Assembly: GCF_018350175.1 (NCBI RefSeq)
Contig: NC_058368.1
Location: 116,128,001-116,192,000, forward strand
Direction of reading: 5' to 3'
Length of the DNA stretch: 64,000 nucleotides
DNA from: Felis catus
Taxonomy: Eukaryota
The position numbers were made by a program, and so were the translations under genes. A model generated the notes under the pieces. It saw only the letters and a list, made by a program, of their open reading frames with translations, was not told where the DNA came from and did no database searches. Of the stretch, positions 50,540 to 64,000 are shown one piece after another. Each line of letters opens with the position of its first letter. The stretch's first letter is position 1.

Positions 50540-52795
50540 CAGGAAGATACCTAAGAATAAACCTAATCAAACAGGTAAAAGACCTGTACTCCAGAAGCTA
50601 TGAAACAATGATGAAAGAAATTGATGACGAAGCAAAGAAATAGAAAGACATTCCACGCTCATGGATTGGAAGAACAAATATTGTTAAAATGCCAATACTA
50701 CCCAAAGCAATCTATGCATTCATATATTCCTATCAAAATACCAACAACATTTTACACAGAGCTGGAACAAACAATTCTAAAATTTTTGTGGAACCACAAA
50801 AGACCCCAAACAGTCAAAGCAATCTTGAAAAAGAAAAGCAAAGGGGCTCCTGGGTGGCTCAGTGGGTTAAGTGTCTGACTTCAGCTCAGGCCATGATCTC
50901 ACAATTCATGAGTTCGAGCCCCATGTCAGGCTCCACACTATCAGTGCAGAGCCTGCTTGGGATTCTCTCTCAAAACAAGGAAGGGGAGGGGGAAGGGGGA
51001 GGGGGGAGGGGAGGGGGGGGGAGGGGGGAGGGGGAGGGGGGAGGGGGAGGGGGGAGGGGGGAGGGGGAGGGGGGAGGGGGGAGGGGGAGGGGGAGGGGGG
51101 AGGGGGAGGGGAAAAAAGGGCAAAGCTGCAAAGCTAGAGGTATCACAATTCCAGACTTCAAGCTGTAGTGACCAAGACAGTATGGTACTGACACAAAAAC
51201 AGACATGCAGATCAATGGAACAGAATAGAAAACCCAGAAATGAATCCACTATTATATGGTCAAATAGTCTTCAAAAAAGCAAGAAAGAATATCTAATGGG
51301 AAAAAGACTGTCTCTTCAACAAATGGCGTTGGAAAAACTAGACAGCTACATGCAAAAGAATGAAACTGGACCACTTTCTCACACCATACACTGAAATAAA
51401 TTCAAAATGGGTGAAAGACCTAAATGTGAGACCTGAAACCATAAAACTCCTAGAAGGAAAAAAAAAGGCACTAACTTCTTTGACATCAGCCACGGTAAAT
51501 TCTTTCCAGATATCTAGGTCTCTTGAGGCAAGGGAAACAAAAGTCAAAAAAATAAAAAGTAAACAGTTTCTGCACAGCAAAGGAAACAATCAACAAAAGG
51601 CAGCCTACAGAATGGGGGAAAGATATTTGCAAATGACATATCTGAGAGAGGGTTAATATCCAAAATAAAGAACTTGTAAATCTCAATACTGAAAAAATGA
51701 ACAATCCAATTAAAAAACAGGCAGAAGACATGAACAGACATTTTCCCAAAGACAGAGACAGCCAACAGACACATTAAAAGAGGCTCAATATCACTTATCA
51801 GGTAAATATCAATCAAAACTATAATAAGAGAACACCTCACACCTGTCAGAATAGCTAAAATCAACAACACAAGAAACGGCAAGTGTTGGCGAGAATGTTG
51901 AGAAAAAGAATCCTTCATGCACTGTTGGTGGGAATGCAACCTGGTACAGCCACGAGGGAAAACTATATGGAGGTTCCTCAAAGTTAAAAATAGAACTACA
52001 CTATGACCCAGCAATTGCACTACTAGGTATTTACCCAAAGAATACAATAATACTAATTCAAAGGGGTACATGCACCTCAATACTTTTTTTAATGTTTTAT
52101 TTTTGAGAGAGAGGGAGAGTGCGTGCGCACGCATGCACGCACACAAGCTGGGGAGGGACAGAGAGAGAGGGGACAGCTGACAGTAGCGAGCATGAGGAGG
52201 GGCTCGACCCTACAAATCATGAGATCATGACCTGAGCCAAAGTTGGACGCTCAACTGACCAAGTCACCCAGGTGCCCCACATCTCAATTTTTATAGCGGT
52301 TTTATCTACAAAAGCCAAATTATGGAAAGAGCCCAAGTATCCATCAATTGATGAATGGATAATGAAAATGTTGTGTATATACAATGGAATATTACTCAGC
52401 CAGAAAGACAAATGAAATTTTGTCATTTCCAATGACATGTATGTAACTAGAGAGTATTATGCTAAGTGAAATAAGTCAGGCAGAGAAAGACATACCACGT
52501 GATTTCACTCCTATGTGGAATTTAAGAAACAAACACGCAGAAGGAAAAAAATGAGAGAGGCAAACCAACACTCTTACCTACAGAGAACAAACTGATAGTT
52601 ACCAGAAGGGAAGTGGAAAGGGAGATGGGTTAAAGAGCTGATGCAAACTAAGGAGTGCACTTGTTGGTGTGCACCTGTGATGTATAGAAGTGTTGAATCA
52701 CTACATTGTATACCTAAAACTAGTATTTTTAAATTTTTGTTAATGTTTATTTAGTTTTGAGAGAGAAAGAGACAGAGCTTGAGCCGGGGAGGGGC

Positions 52796-52826
<31 letters not shown>

Positions 52827-53020
52827 TACAGAATCCGAAGCAGGCTCCAGGCTCTGAGCTGTCAGCACAGAGCCCGACGCAGGGCTCAAACCCTCGGACC
52901 ATGAGATCATGACCTGAATTGAAGTCGGACACCCAACCAACTGAGCCACCCAGGCGCCCCACCTAAAACTAGTAGTACACTGTGTGTTAACTAATTGGAA
53001 TTTAAATAAAAACTTAAAAA
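50540..53020 (+). mobile_element. L1 ORF2 3' half plus 3'UTR, decayed, with nested CanSINEs (50843-51115, 52084-52278, 52725-52960)
   Basis: ORF2-like peptides ([51 protein letters not shown]) with frameshifts and stops. Confidence 0.92.
50979..51111 (+). repeat. (GGGGGA)n-like polypurine tract
   Basis: ~130 bp of G runs separated by A. Confidence 0.95.
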
Positions 53021-54479
53021 AGAAACAATTATCACAAAAGTTATGGTAGCAGCTAAGGAAGGGGGCAGGGATGGCCTTGTGACTTGCGGGGGGGAGAAGA
53101 ATGGGGGAGCCTCTGGTGCATGCCAATTTTTTATTTCTTGGCCTACGTGACTGTTACAAGTGTTCACTTCATAATTATAAAGCTGTATGTATTTTAATGT
53201 ATATTTCTGTAAATGCTGTATTTCACTACCAAAAAAATGCTAATTTCTTAATGGATTCTAAATTTTAAGTTATGCCAGCACTGAGTATAATTCTTGTATG
53301 ATGAATAAAACAAACATTCCATCACTGGCTCTGCTCTCACCTGCCCTTCTCTCTCCACTAAAAATACAGATAATAATCAGTGTTCCATCATATAACAGTG
53401 TCCATTTGACCTCACCCCCAAAGAGGGGCTCCCATCATATCCACAAATGGTACCAACTCAAAAATGAAAAGTACTTAGGGCAAAACCTGGACATCCAGCC
53501 AAATGCCTACCAGTTACCACCCATGCTATGGAAAAAATGACCTTCAACAGGCAGAGTAAAACCTCCTCAATCATGGGAACTCCTCCAAAACATTCCCTCA
53601 TCAGAGTCTCAAAAACTCAGCCAACTGCAGAGTGTCACAGGCACCTCCTACCAGTAACCTTGCCGCTATTCTTCCTACTATTTCAGGAACCACTATCTGA
53701 CCAAAATTGTCATTTTTGTGGAAGAGTCAGAACTTTTACAGTTTCGTAGATCTTACTTATAGCATGGGCTGCAAAGCTATTTCACAACCCTGAGATTGTA
53801 ACATTCTGTGTCAGAAGTGGCATCATACAGGCCAGAATGTCCTGGGTTTCCTTATTCTTGTTTTTATTCTGTCACTGCTGAGCTAACCAGGGTAGTGGAA
53901 GGGGTGGTAACTGTGTCAAAGATAAAGGAAAGGAAGTGGTCACCCTGCATACGCATATGCCTAAAATATGTAATGGAGACGTCAGACTGAATGCAGATGA
54001 GCCTCAAGCAATAACTGCCCCCCACCTGGAACAGAGAAGCGAATCTAGGAGAATGGTGGCCAAAATGTGCTCAAATACACCACTGAAAGCTTGCACTCAT
54101 CTCAAGGATTCCAAATCCTTGAGATTCAAAAGACAAGAGGGCAGAAACTGAGCTCCAGATCATCTGAAAGCTGAATCCAAATTTTTCCAACTGCAAAAAA
54201 AGTCTACAAAATTATTCCCTCTTACCTCCAAAAAAAGTGAGTAAAAACATAGGATGTATTTTTCACTCTTTAGAAGAAATCTATCACCTCAATCTATCAA
54301 TAAGGTTTCAACTCAACTTTAACTAAAAGTGGATTTTCTCAAAAATTTGAAGACTATTTCCCCATCATAGAAATGCTATACATTTCAAAAAGAAAATTAT
54401 TTTTACAATGACAGAGAAGACTCAGAGTCATCATTCCAAACTCCAATTATATTTATGTCATTTAAAAAATTAGGCCATT

Positions 54480-55124
54480 GGGGCACCTGGGGTGGCTCGG
54501 CTGGTTAAGACTCTTGATTTCTGCTTAGGTAATGATCTCACGGTTCATGAGATCAAGCCCCACATCAGGCTCCATAATGACAGTGCAGAGCCTGCTTGGG
54601 ATTATCTCTCTCTTTCTCTCTGCCCCTCCCCTGCTCACTCTCTCTCTTTCAAAATAAATAAATAGACATTTTTTTAAAAATTATACCATTAGGTGCCTGG
54701 GTAACTCAGTTGGTTGAGTATCTGACTCTCGATTTCGGCTTGGGTCTTGATCCCAGAATCGTGGGACAGAGGTCTGTGCTGGGCGTGGAGCCTGTGTGGT
54801 GCTCTCTCACTCTCTCGTTCTTTCGCTCTCTCTCTCCCTCTGCCCCTCTCCCCCACTCACATGATCTCTCCCTAAAATAAAAATTTTTTAATTATGCTTT
54901 TATACTTTCCTAACAACATACACTATACTAATCACCATTGTATTTGACAGAGAAAGAGTGTGAGCAGGGAAGGAGGAGAGGGTAAAGGGAGTGAGAGAAA
55001 TTTTAAGCTGGTTCCATGCTCAGCACGGAGCCCCACGTGGGGCTCAATCCCACAACCCTGGGATCATAACCTGAGCTGAAATCAAGAGGTCAATGCTCAA
55101 CTGACTGAACCACCCAGGTGCCCC
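54480..55124. mobile_element. Cluster of three CanSINEs (two plus, one minus)
   Basis: Heads at ~54480 and ~54691, antisense head ending 55124. Confidence 0.85.
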
Positions 55125-56789
55125 TCGGCCATCTTCTTGAAAAAGTTATTATCAAAAAAAATTTTTTAAATAGACATAAATAACATGGTTACTCTATCAT
55201 ACTAAAGCCACCATTTTATGTTTTCTCTTAAATAGAATCAGCTTCACTGGTCTATACTAATCACCATCAGGATAAATTGGTGATTATTCCTCCAAGACCC
55301 TGATCTATCATCTATTCAAAGAAAAACTACAAATCCATGCAAGATTATCATATTATGAGTCTGTTATGAAAATATTTTCCAATCAATCCCAGTAAAACAA
55401 TTACAGCCAGAAGAATGGCGCACCATGTGGGTATTAACTTGTAAACATGGAGTTTTAAGAAGAAAAAGACAATAAAACTATCTTCCCAAAAAGACAGTAA
55501 TTTCCTTTACCCTTCCAGTAAGTAAAGAGAACTCCCTATCGAAGGAACATGAGGGCAGGTTATAGTACTCCCACCTCTGCTGCATAAAAGGAAAGGCTCA
55601 GCAAGTGAGCCCACTAAACTGCTTGACAATGTAGCACAGCATAAGAGAGTTTATCAAGAGCCAAACAAATTCTAAGTAAGCTTTCAACTCATAAATAAAG
55701 ACAGGAGAAAATCTGCAGAAGGTAAACGTAAACAGTAAGAACAGACATGGATGAAAAGAAGTCTAGAAAATACTAATGAAAATGGGTTCTCATAGGAAAG
55801 AAGATGAATCAGACAAGTACCTATATAATTAAAAAGGGTTATCCACAGTGTCATCTGTATACATTGCTGGCAGAGAGTGAGGAGACATACAAATTCGACC
55901 AATTTAAGAGCTTTGGTCAAAAACTCAAACTACACACCCAGACGCAAAACAGTCTTACTCCTTCTAAGATGAAAACATGCTTAATGGAAACAGCCTGGCC
56001 TTTATATGCTGACTTATGTATAAACTGTGCCTCCCCAACTATATATTAAGGTATTTTAGGGCAAAAATTTAATGATGACGATAAGTACATAGGATTAAGA
56101 CAAAACAGGTTGAACTGACAAGAAATGCTAGGGCCCAGAAAAAAACACTCTCAATCTGAAAGGAGAAGCAACAGCTACTCCTTAGGAAGAACTACTTAGT
56201 GCTCTGAATCTATAGCAAGCTTTCCAAGTAATAGGAAACCCTATTTGTAAGTACTTTAGCTGGCAATAGCTTATATGTCCAAATTACCACTCTATGCTAT
56301 GAAATTAATGAAATCATTAGGGAGAACAAGGAAAAAGGACTTAATTTAAGACTGAGGAATCAGAAAATGATTCTTTGGATAAGGAGCCCTAAGCTAAGAT
56401 CTTAAAAACTAATATATAGAACTGGTAATAACGCCAGGAGGAGAAAGCTCCCCAGGGGAGTCAACTAGTTTTTGCAAAGAAAGTAGAAACAAAGAAAGCA
56501 CAGCAAGTTCTAAAAACAGAATATTCCTGAATGGGTGGAGTATACAGTGTAAGAAAAGGCAAAGGAAATGAGGGAGATAATAGAAATAAACAGGAGTCCT
56601 TTCACAAAAAAGCCTTGAAAGTATGTTAACAAGTGTGAACTTTATCCTAAGAACAATGATGGGCTTTACACAGAAAAGTAACAGAACCACATTTTCTAAC
56701 GTTTTACAAAGGTCATTCTAGTTTAAAAGTAGGGGGAAAAATTCCAGAAAGAAATACCACCTAATAGAGAAAACAGGAAAAGAAGTAAT

Positions 56790-57745
56790 TTTCAGAAATA
56801 CTAAGAATTTTCCGGAATTGATAAAGGATCTTAATCCTCAGATTCAGGAAACCCAACTTAAGCCAAGTAGGATTAAGAAAAAAAATTAAAAGGTGGGGGA
56901 GTGGCGCCTGGGAGGCTCTGTCAGTTAAGAGTCTGACTCCTGATTTCGGCTCAGGTAATGATCTCACAGTTTGAGAGATCGAGCCCCGCACTGGGCTCTG
57001 TGACAACAGTAAGGAGTCTGCTTGGGATTCTCTCTCTCCCCATCCCCCAAACCCCTGCCTCAAAATAAATAAACTTAAAAAAATAAATAAAAAGACTAAC
57101 CCCACACCTAAACATATCCCAAAGAAACTACAAAGCATGAAGACAAAGAGAATATTAAAAGGAACCAGTGGGAAAAAAAAAAAAGAAACAACAACTAAGC
57201 TGACAGATGACTTCTCAACAGCAACAATGGAAGCCAGAGTCAGTGGAATACTTTAAAAGACCTGTGAAATTCCTTCATATATAAAGCAAAATTAAACCTA
57301 TCCTCTGAACTATGTATACAGTAATAATGAGCACTTATAATACCCAGACAGTGGTCTCTAAACACCACTGTCCACTAAACTGAAAGACTAAGGAGAAATT
57401 GGGAAGTATCACCATAGAGGGAGATTTGACATCTCTCAATAATTAACTGAATAATCAGGAAAAAAAAAATCAGTAAGAAACACAGAGAATTTGAACACTA
57501 CAATTAACAACAATGTATGTGTTGGGGCATCTGGATGGCTCAGGCTATTGAGCATCCAACTCCTGATTTCAGCTCAGGTCATGATCCCAGGGTCATGGGA
57601 TCAAGCCCTGTGACAGGCTCCTTGCTGAGCGTGGAACCTGTTTAAGATTCTCTCTCTCTCCCTCTGCCCCTCTCCCCAGCTCATGCTCACTCGTTCTCCT
57701 TCTGTCTAAAATAAAGAAAATTAAAAACAAAACAAAAAAAACAAT
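56790..57745 (+). mobile_element. Old L1 ORF1-region relic with two CanSINEs (56900-57092, 57524-57742)
   Basis: tcctcagattcaggaaacccaa and gacagatgacttctcaacagcaacaatggaagccaga motifs. Confidence 0.7.
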
Positions 57746-58594
57746 GTATGTGTGCATTAGTGCACATGTGGGTACATGTATATGCATTCGTTTCAGGCTG
57801 AAGTAACAAAACTATCCAAGTATGGCAGTGCAAAATACAGCATTGCTTCAGAGGAGAGAACAGAGTGTGTAGTAGATGATACTATTAAAAATACAAATTA
57901 GAGCAGTATTGTAAAGCATACTAAATGCAGACGTAGGGATCATGCAATAATTAAATGCTGAGGTAATAAGGAACCTACAATGGTTAAGAGAAGTGGAAAA
58001 CAAGAAGGTGGGAAATATAAACTACAGATGGAAAGATAAATTGTAAAATGATGAAAACAGTATGTACAGCATAATTCCTCTCTGTTTTTAAAAAGTGTAT
58101 ACATGTGTGTATGAATGGGTTACAAAATAAAGTTTGGAATGATACACACGAAACTCCAGGGGTGACATCTGCAGGTGTGTTGGCTAGAGGGGAAAGTAGT
58201 ATTTTCATTTAATCATGTTTTATTTTTTGACCTTTTTTCTTTTATAGTACACTTAATAATGCTTTTATAATATAAAAAGCATGTAAAATAAAAAATTAAA
58301 AAGAAAAAAGACACAATATAATGTTCTAGGGAAGAACATAGAGTTTAACCCCACTAGTTTCTCCTAGCTCTAATTAGCATTTCAAATGGGTACCAACGAG
58401 CCAGCTATTCTAGTTCTAGTTCGTTACCTGACACTTGTCAGGACACTCTACCAGTAATGAGAAACTCCAAAAAAGGTTAACTTTGGGGAAAAAAATTTCT
58501 TAATACTCTTCAAAACTGAACAGTATGCTAAAATCATCATCTGTTAAAGGCAATTTTACCTTTAATATTCTTTTTAATTACAAAAGCTAACACA

Positions 58595-58788
58595 GGGATG
58601 CCTGGGTGGCTCAGTAGGTTAAGCTTTCGACTTCACCTGAAGTCATCATCTCATGGTCTGTGAGTTCAACCTTGCATCAGGCTTTCTGCTGTCAACACAG
58701 AGCCCACTTTGGCCTCTGTCCCCTCTCTCTCTGCCTCTCCCCTGCTCATGCACTCTCTCAAAAATAAATATTTAAAAAAAAAAAAAAG
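58595..58788 (+). mobile_element. CanSINE
   Basis: Head, CT tract, A tail; flank taacac duplicated. Confidence 0.85.
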
Positions 58789-60228
58789 GTTAACACGTGT
58801 TAAAATTTATCCAACACAAAGATTATAAGAAAAAATAATTTCATGCCCATACCCATCTAAATTAATTTCCTTAGGGGAACCAGTGTTAATTTAATGTATA
58901 TACTGACATCATTTTTGCCATTCATATACAGATCTTATTTTTTGTGTTTTCATAAAAAGAGAATTATATACACATTACTTTCTATCTGGCTACTTATTCA
59001 TCAGGATCATTTTTAGATGTATTTACCTAATGCTACAAAAACAGATTTTTGGTTATCTAACATGAAATAGTTTTAATTGGAGTTTTTAAAGTTATTTTGT
59101 TTGAAAACAGAAGATATAAAATTCAATCTAGAACAGCTGGGCTAACAAAAATGACAAATAGGACATGATAACAACCTGGTTACTAAAGGATAAGGATTTT
59201 TTTGTCCTTATTTGTTTACATGCTTACTTATTATTTTTTCAATACACTTTCTAAGCTACAAATTATCAGGTTTGTTTAAATTATGATCAGTAGTTAAACA
59301 AAAATAAACCTAAGTAACCTAAGACACTACACACTCACTCAGGCCATGCCAAATTGGTTCCCCTAAGAAATCCCCGGGAAGCTACAAGGGGTGTCTCACC
59401 AATTCCACAGAGAGCTGAGTCAGATTCTGAAATACTGCCTCAAATAGTACTCACACAAATTAGATAAAGTGACCTATGAAGTCATTGTAACCATCCCCAT
59501 TTCAGGAAATCTTGGCCCCAAAGAAATAATAACCAGCCTCTTGCCCAGGCCAACTTTTACTATATACAGGATGGACCTTCCGCTCAATCCCAAGAAGAGT
59601 ATCTCATCAAAGGTTTTAATGTATACAGAAAATGTAGTAAAATTCAATTTTCCAAAAATGTAATAAGTTACTCTTACCCATCATCTTTTTCCCTAGCTAA
59701 AAAAAAAAAAAAAAAAAAAAACAACTCGTTTTCCTCACTGCAGCACCATCATTCAGATAGTTATACCTAATCTATATTAAAGGAATTACAACATATAAAA
59801 AAGACCTATGTCGAGATCTTTTAAATACTATTATCATTACCTACTCTCATGCCTATCTACCACAATATGTGATGTTTAAATATACACCATGTGTCTTACT
59901 TTGTTTTTAAGAACAGACATGTTCATTCAAAGGCAATGGAGAAAATACATTCATATTAAAAGCATCCCATCTTCTTCAAAAGTCTCTACAGTTGCAACAA
60001 ACCATTTTTCTGTCTTCCTTTCCTTTCCTTTCTTTCATGGGGCGCTGGGGGGGTGGGGGGGAGGTGGGGGTGGAGGTCTTACACACTGCCATGACCACTT
60101 CACTGCTCTAACACAATTCGAAAAAATGAAAACAATGGCAGGCATACATTTTCATTTAACATGACAAAGTTGAGGTAATTATTTTTTTTCTTAAAATTTA
60201 CTACTGTCAATATGGACTCAAAACTTAC

Positions 60229-60313
60229 TTCCAATTCTTTAATTTTTTCTTCTGCTATTTTCTGTTTCTCTAACAGTTGATTGTGAATTACCTCCTTGGA
60301 CTGAAGAATAAAC
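60229..60313 (-). CDS. PFDN1: Prefoldin subunit 1, penultimate exon (85 nt): (M)FILQSKEVIHNQLLEKQKIAEEKIKELE
   Basis: Acceptor ttttgttttgtag|G, donor GAA|gtaagt; peptide matches recalled PFDN1 and joins in frame to 27057. Upstream exons lie right of the window. Confidence 0.96.
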
Positions 60314-61219
60314 CTACAAAACAAAAAAGTTGACAATTAAGCCACATGACCACTATAATCAAAATCAACAGCTACATACCACAAATATTAAACAAAGAAA
60401 ATGAAAAGGATGATCTCCTAATTCAAGGACCAATAAAATACACTGCTATGTTCATGTGACATACTTGGGAAACCACCACAGGTTTAAGTCTTCTTGGCTG
60501 AGAAAGACTAAAGTTTAAAAGAAAATTCTGCTTTCTTGTCTAAGAAGGGAATCAGGCTTTAAGCAAGATTCATAAACAAATTTAAAAAATTAAAAGGGAT
60601 AAAAATCTATCACAGGCTAAGAGAAAAGTTAAATAATAAAAATCCCCCATAATTTTATTTTTTCAATTGTCTGTATCCACTTTTCTCTAGTATTTGTATA
60701 TTGGAGCTCCCCTTCCAATCTTTTTTAACTTTTTTGTAACAGCAGTAACTCATGACCTTTTAAAGTCACAATCAAGTACTGTGTTAGGATCAATGCATTA
60801 GTGTTTATATGAGTTCCTCAAACAAAAAGCACTGTATAAAGCCTAGTATCTTTTATTATTATTTCCAGAGTGTATAATACCTCTGAAAACAGCTCAAAAG
60901 GCACAAGTGGAAAATTTCAACTTTTTCCATTTTATAATCAAGCACATTATTTATAACTAATGAGAATGGAAATATGGGGAAGCTTTAAAAATTAGCATTG
61001 AATCTGTTTTGTACACTTATGTTCATAATTCTTGCTGTAGGGAAAGGAAGAATAAACTATTTTGTAGACTCAAAAAAGTGAAATGAATTATTTCCTTTCA
61101 ACTCAAACCAAGGGCCCAACTAGGCTGCAACAGATTTCAATGAAAGATCACATTTAATAAGCAGATGGTTTCTTCTCTTTGCATGAAACTTAGAGTTTAA
61201 CAACAAAGAACATCATTTC

Positions 61220-61700
61220 TTTTTGTTTTTATTAAAGTATAATTGACAAGCAATATTCTATTAATCTCATGTGTACAACACAGTGATTCAATATTTGTAT
61301 ATACTACAAACTGATTACCACAATAAATCTAGTTACCTCTCATTGTATTCCCCATGCTGTACGTTATACAACCAAGACTTAGTTATTTTATATCTGTACC
61401 TCTCAATTCCCTATTTTATATTTGTACCTATATTTTATATTTGTACCTCTCAATCCCCTTCACCAATTTTGTCCCCCCAGGCAGTTTCTATACTCCCCCC
61501 CCCCCCCCCCCCCAGATTCTCTGCATCTATGAGTCTGGGTTTTGTTTCTTTGTTCTGTTTTTCAGACTCCACTCATAGTGAAATTATTTGGTATTTGTCC
61601 TTCTCTATCTGACTTATTTCACTTAGCATAATACCCTCTAGGTGCACCCATGTTGTCATAAATGCCAATATTTCATTCGTTTCATTGGCTGAGTACTATT

Positions 61701-61764
<64 letters not shown>

Positions 61765-62365
61765 AATATGTCTGTTGGCCATCTGGATGTCTTCTTTGGA
61801 AAAATGTCTATTCAGGTGCTCTGCCCATTTTTTAAGTGGATTGTTTGGTTTTTTTGTTGTTGTTATTGAGTTAACAGAAGTTCTTTATATATTTTGGATA
61901 TAAACCCCTTATCAAACAGATGATTTGCAAATTTCTCCTCCCATTCAGTAAATTACTTTTTCATTATGTTGGATTCCTTTGTTGTACAGAACCTTTTTAG
62001 TTTAATGTAACCCCAACCATTTATTTTTGCTTTTATTACACCTGCCTTTGGAGTTCGACACTGCTCCCGCACACCCTGCCCCCCGCCCCCACAAAAATCA
62101 CAAAGACGATACTAGGTGCTTACTATGTTTTCTTCTAGGAGTTTTATTGGTTTCAAGTCTTACAATGAAGTTTTTAACCCATTTTAAGTTAATTTTTGTA
62201 TATGATGTGCGATCACAGCTCAGTTTTCCCAATACCATTTATTGAAAATGACCCTCCTTTCCCTAATGTATATTCTTCCCTCCTTCACCATAAATTAATT
62301 GACCATATATGCATGAGTTTACTTCTGGGTTCTCTACCCTGTTTCACTGATCTGTACATCTGCTT
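61220..62365 (-). mobile_element. L1 3' fragment with an internal deletion and a (GT)n microsatellite
   Basis: ctgacttatttcacttagcataataccctctagg; ttctttggaaaaatgtctattcagg; (GT)~29 at 61704-61761. Confidence 0.85.
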
Positions 62366-63598
62366 TTAACAAAGAGACAACATATCAAGGCAGCAATATG
62401 CAGTTTTCTCTACCAACCTCAAGAAACAACAAAAAACAACAAAACCACCACTGTGTCCAGGGTAGGTTTTTACCAAGACAATCTATTATTATAAATATGA
62501 AACAAGTAAAAACAGACCAAAAATGGCAACTCCAGCTTTGTCCTCCAGAGTTTTTTCCACACCTGGGGGAAAACTGCTTCCCTCCACCTCTTCTTTATGA
62601 GTGAATACATCTTGGCATATATAATACAATCTGGTAAATTTCTCTTTCATTCCACTAATAATTAACCTTGTTAATGTCCTGATGTGGACAGTCCAGATAA
62701 TTTAACTGATTATCCTGGTCTTTAGTAACTTAATCCTTTATAAAAATCTTACTCATATAATCACTGCAAAGACAGCCCACTTCTACGTAAAACAAGGATT
62801 ACTATATAATCCTTTGTGTCCAAAATATTACTATTAGTCCAAAAGACAGGTGTGCTGTTTCTGATGAGACTATGATTTATAGAATATTTCTTCTCAGTAC
62901 TAATTATTTAGTACAGTATTTGAAGAGCAAAGTGTTTTACAACTGTATTAGCTCTCGGTGACACCATGTAAAAAGTATTATAAATCTAGGCCCAAAAGTC
63001 ACAAAATTATGTCATTTCATGCACCATTTTACTAAAAGCCTTTTACCATGAAAATGATTTTCAGAATAAAATATACATTTTTAAATAGCACTGATTGCTG
63101 TCCAGTGAGTGGTATCCTCAAATAATAGGTCATCAGACATTACCTTTATTAGTGTCTGGGAAATTTTCAAAGCTAAGATTAGAGATCAAGTCACTACTTA
63201 TGTGGCCTTTAAAAATAAAGTATCTGAACAGATACTAAATCCCTTGAGCAGAAAATAAAGTTACTAGAAAGCGAGAACACATCAACAAAAACATGTTTTT
63301 CCATGGCCACACACCCCTTAGGTAGCTATAATGGACTGTGCCAACTTCAAAAACCAGAAAGATGTCACAGAAGCTGGCCAATTTACTATTAAGCCTAAGG
63401 ACATCTCAGCCATGAAAGTTCTAAACGAGGAGTATTGAGTAAACTCAAATGTATTACCTCAATGAGTAGTTACATTGTAAAATTAAAACAAACAAAAACT
63501 TAAGGAAAACTTGGTTGAGTCCTTGATTTTTAAAAAATACCAAAAATGGTATTAAAATTAAAAATGGTATGTAAATACCATGTATTTAAAAAATACAT

Positions 63599-64000
63599 GG
63601 AGCGTGTGGGTGGCTCAGCCAACTGAACATCCAACTGTTGATAATAGATTAGGTCATCAGCCCAGGGCCGTGGGATTGAGCCCCAGCCCCACCATCAGGC
63701 TCCACAGTGAGTGTGGAGCTTGCTTGAGATTCTCTTTCTCTCTCTTTCTCTTTCTCTCTCTCTCTTGCCCCCTTCTGCCCCTCTCCCTGACTCACTCTAA
63801 AATTTTTTTTTAATTATTAAAATATAGAAAAAAATTAGGGGCGCCTGGGTGGCTCAGTCAGTTAAGTGTCTGTCTCCTGATTTCAGCTCAGGTCATAACC
63901 TCACGATGTGAGAGAGCTCAAGCCCTGTTGTCAGGCCCCGTGCTAACAGTACAGAGCCTGCTGGGGATTCTCTGCCTCTTCTCTCTCTCTGCCACATCCC
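63599..64000 (+). mobile_element. Two tandem CanSINEs (second truncated by the window end)
   Basis: Heads at ~63599 and 63838. Confidence 0.85.

Larger units (their letters stand above)
27058..60228 (-). other. PFDN1: PFDN1 last intron (~33.2 kb)
   Basis: GT at 60228-60227, AG at 27059-27058; in-frame junction ELE|QKK. Confidence 0.9.

Noticed and set aside
50689..51394. Gly/Arg-rich and Pro-rich ORFs
   Set aside because: Translations of the GGGGGA repeat, SINE and decayed L1
51360..51656. L1 ORF2-like peptide as an active retroelement gene
   Set aside because: Fragmentary, frameshifted and interrupted by SINEs
60100..60228. In-frame read-through of the PFDN1 exon into the intron
   Set aside because: Strong gtaagt donor; no evidence from sequence alone for an extended isoform

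Overview
Mammalian genomic DNA, almost certainly from a felid (roughly 40 CanSINEs, several near the young cat SINEC_Fc consensus). The window holds the convergent 3' ends of two genes. CYSTM1 (+): only the last intron and terminal exon(s) are present, canonical last exon coding 25091-25197. PFDN1 (-): an 85-nt internal exon at 60229-60313 and the last exon coding 26974-27057, separated by a ~33-kb intron. The rest is intron, rich in CanSINE, L1, L2, MIR, MaLR and hAT relics. The best observation is a second, paralogous CYSTM1 terminal exon at 7620-7732. It has the same splice phase, an intact frame, its own AATAAA, and only synonymous changes in the Cys-rich core, which implies alternative duplicated last exons giving two membrane-anchor C-termini and two 3'UTRs. 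Smaller oddities: a templated copy of local DNA replacing part of an L1, a 23-nt micro-insertion with 17-bp TSDs, several palindromes, a RUNX/GATA motif cluster and a NAGNAG acceptor in PFDN1. Gene identities rest on recalled human protein sequences. Repeat family names and boundaries are by eye and approximate. Most ORFs in the supplied track are spurious.
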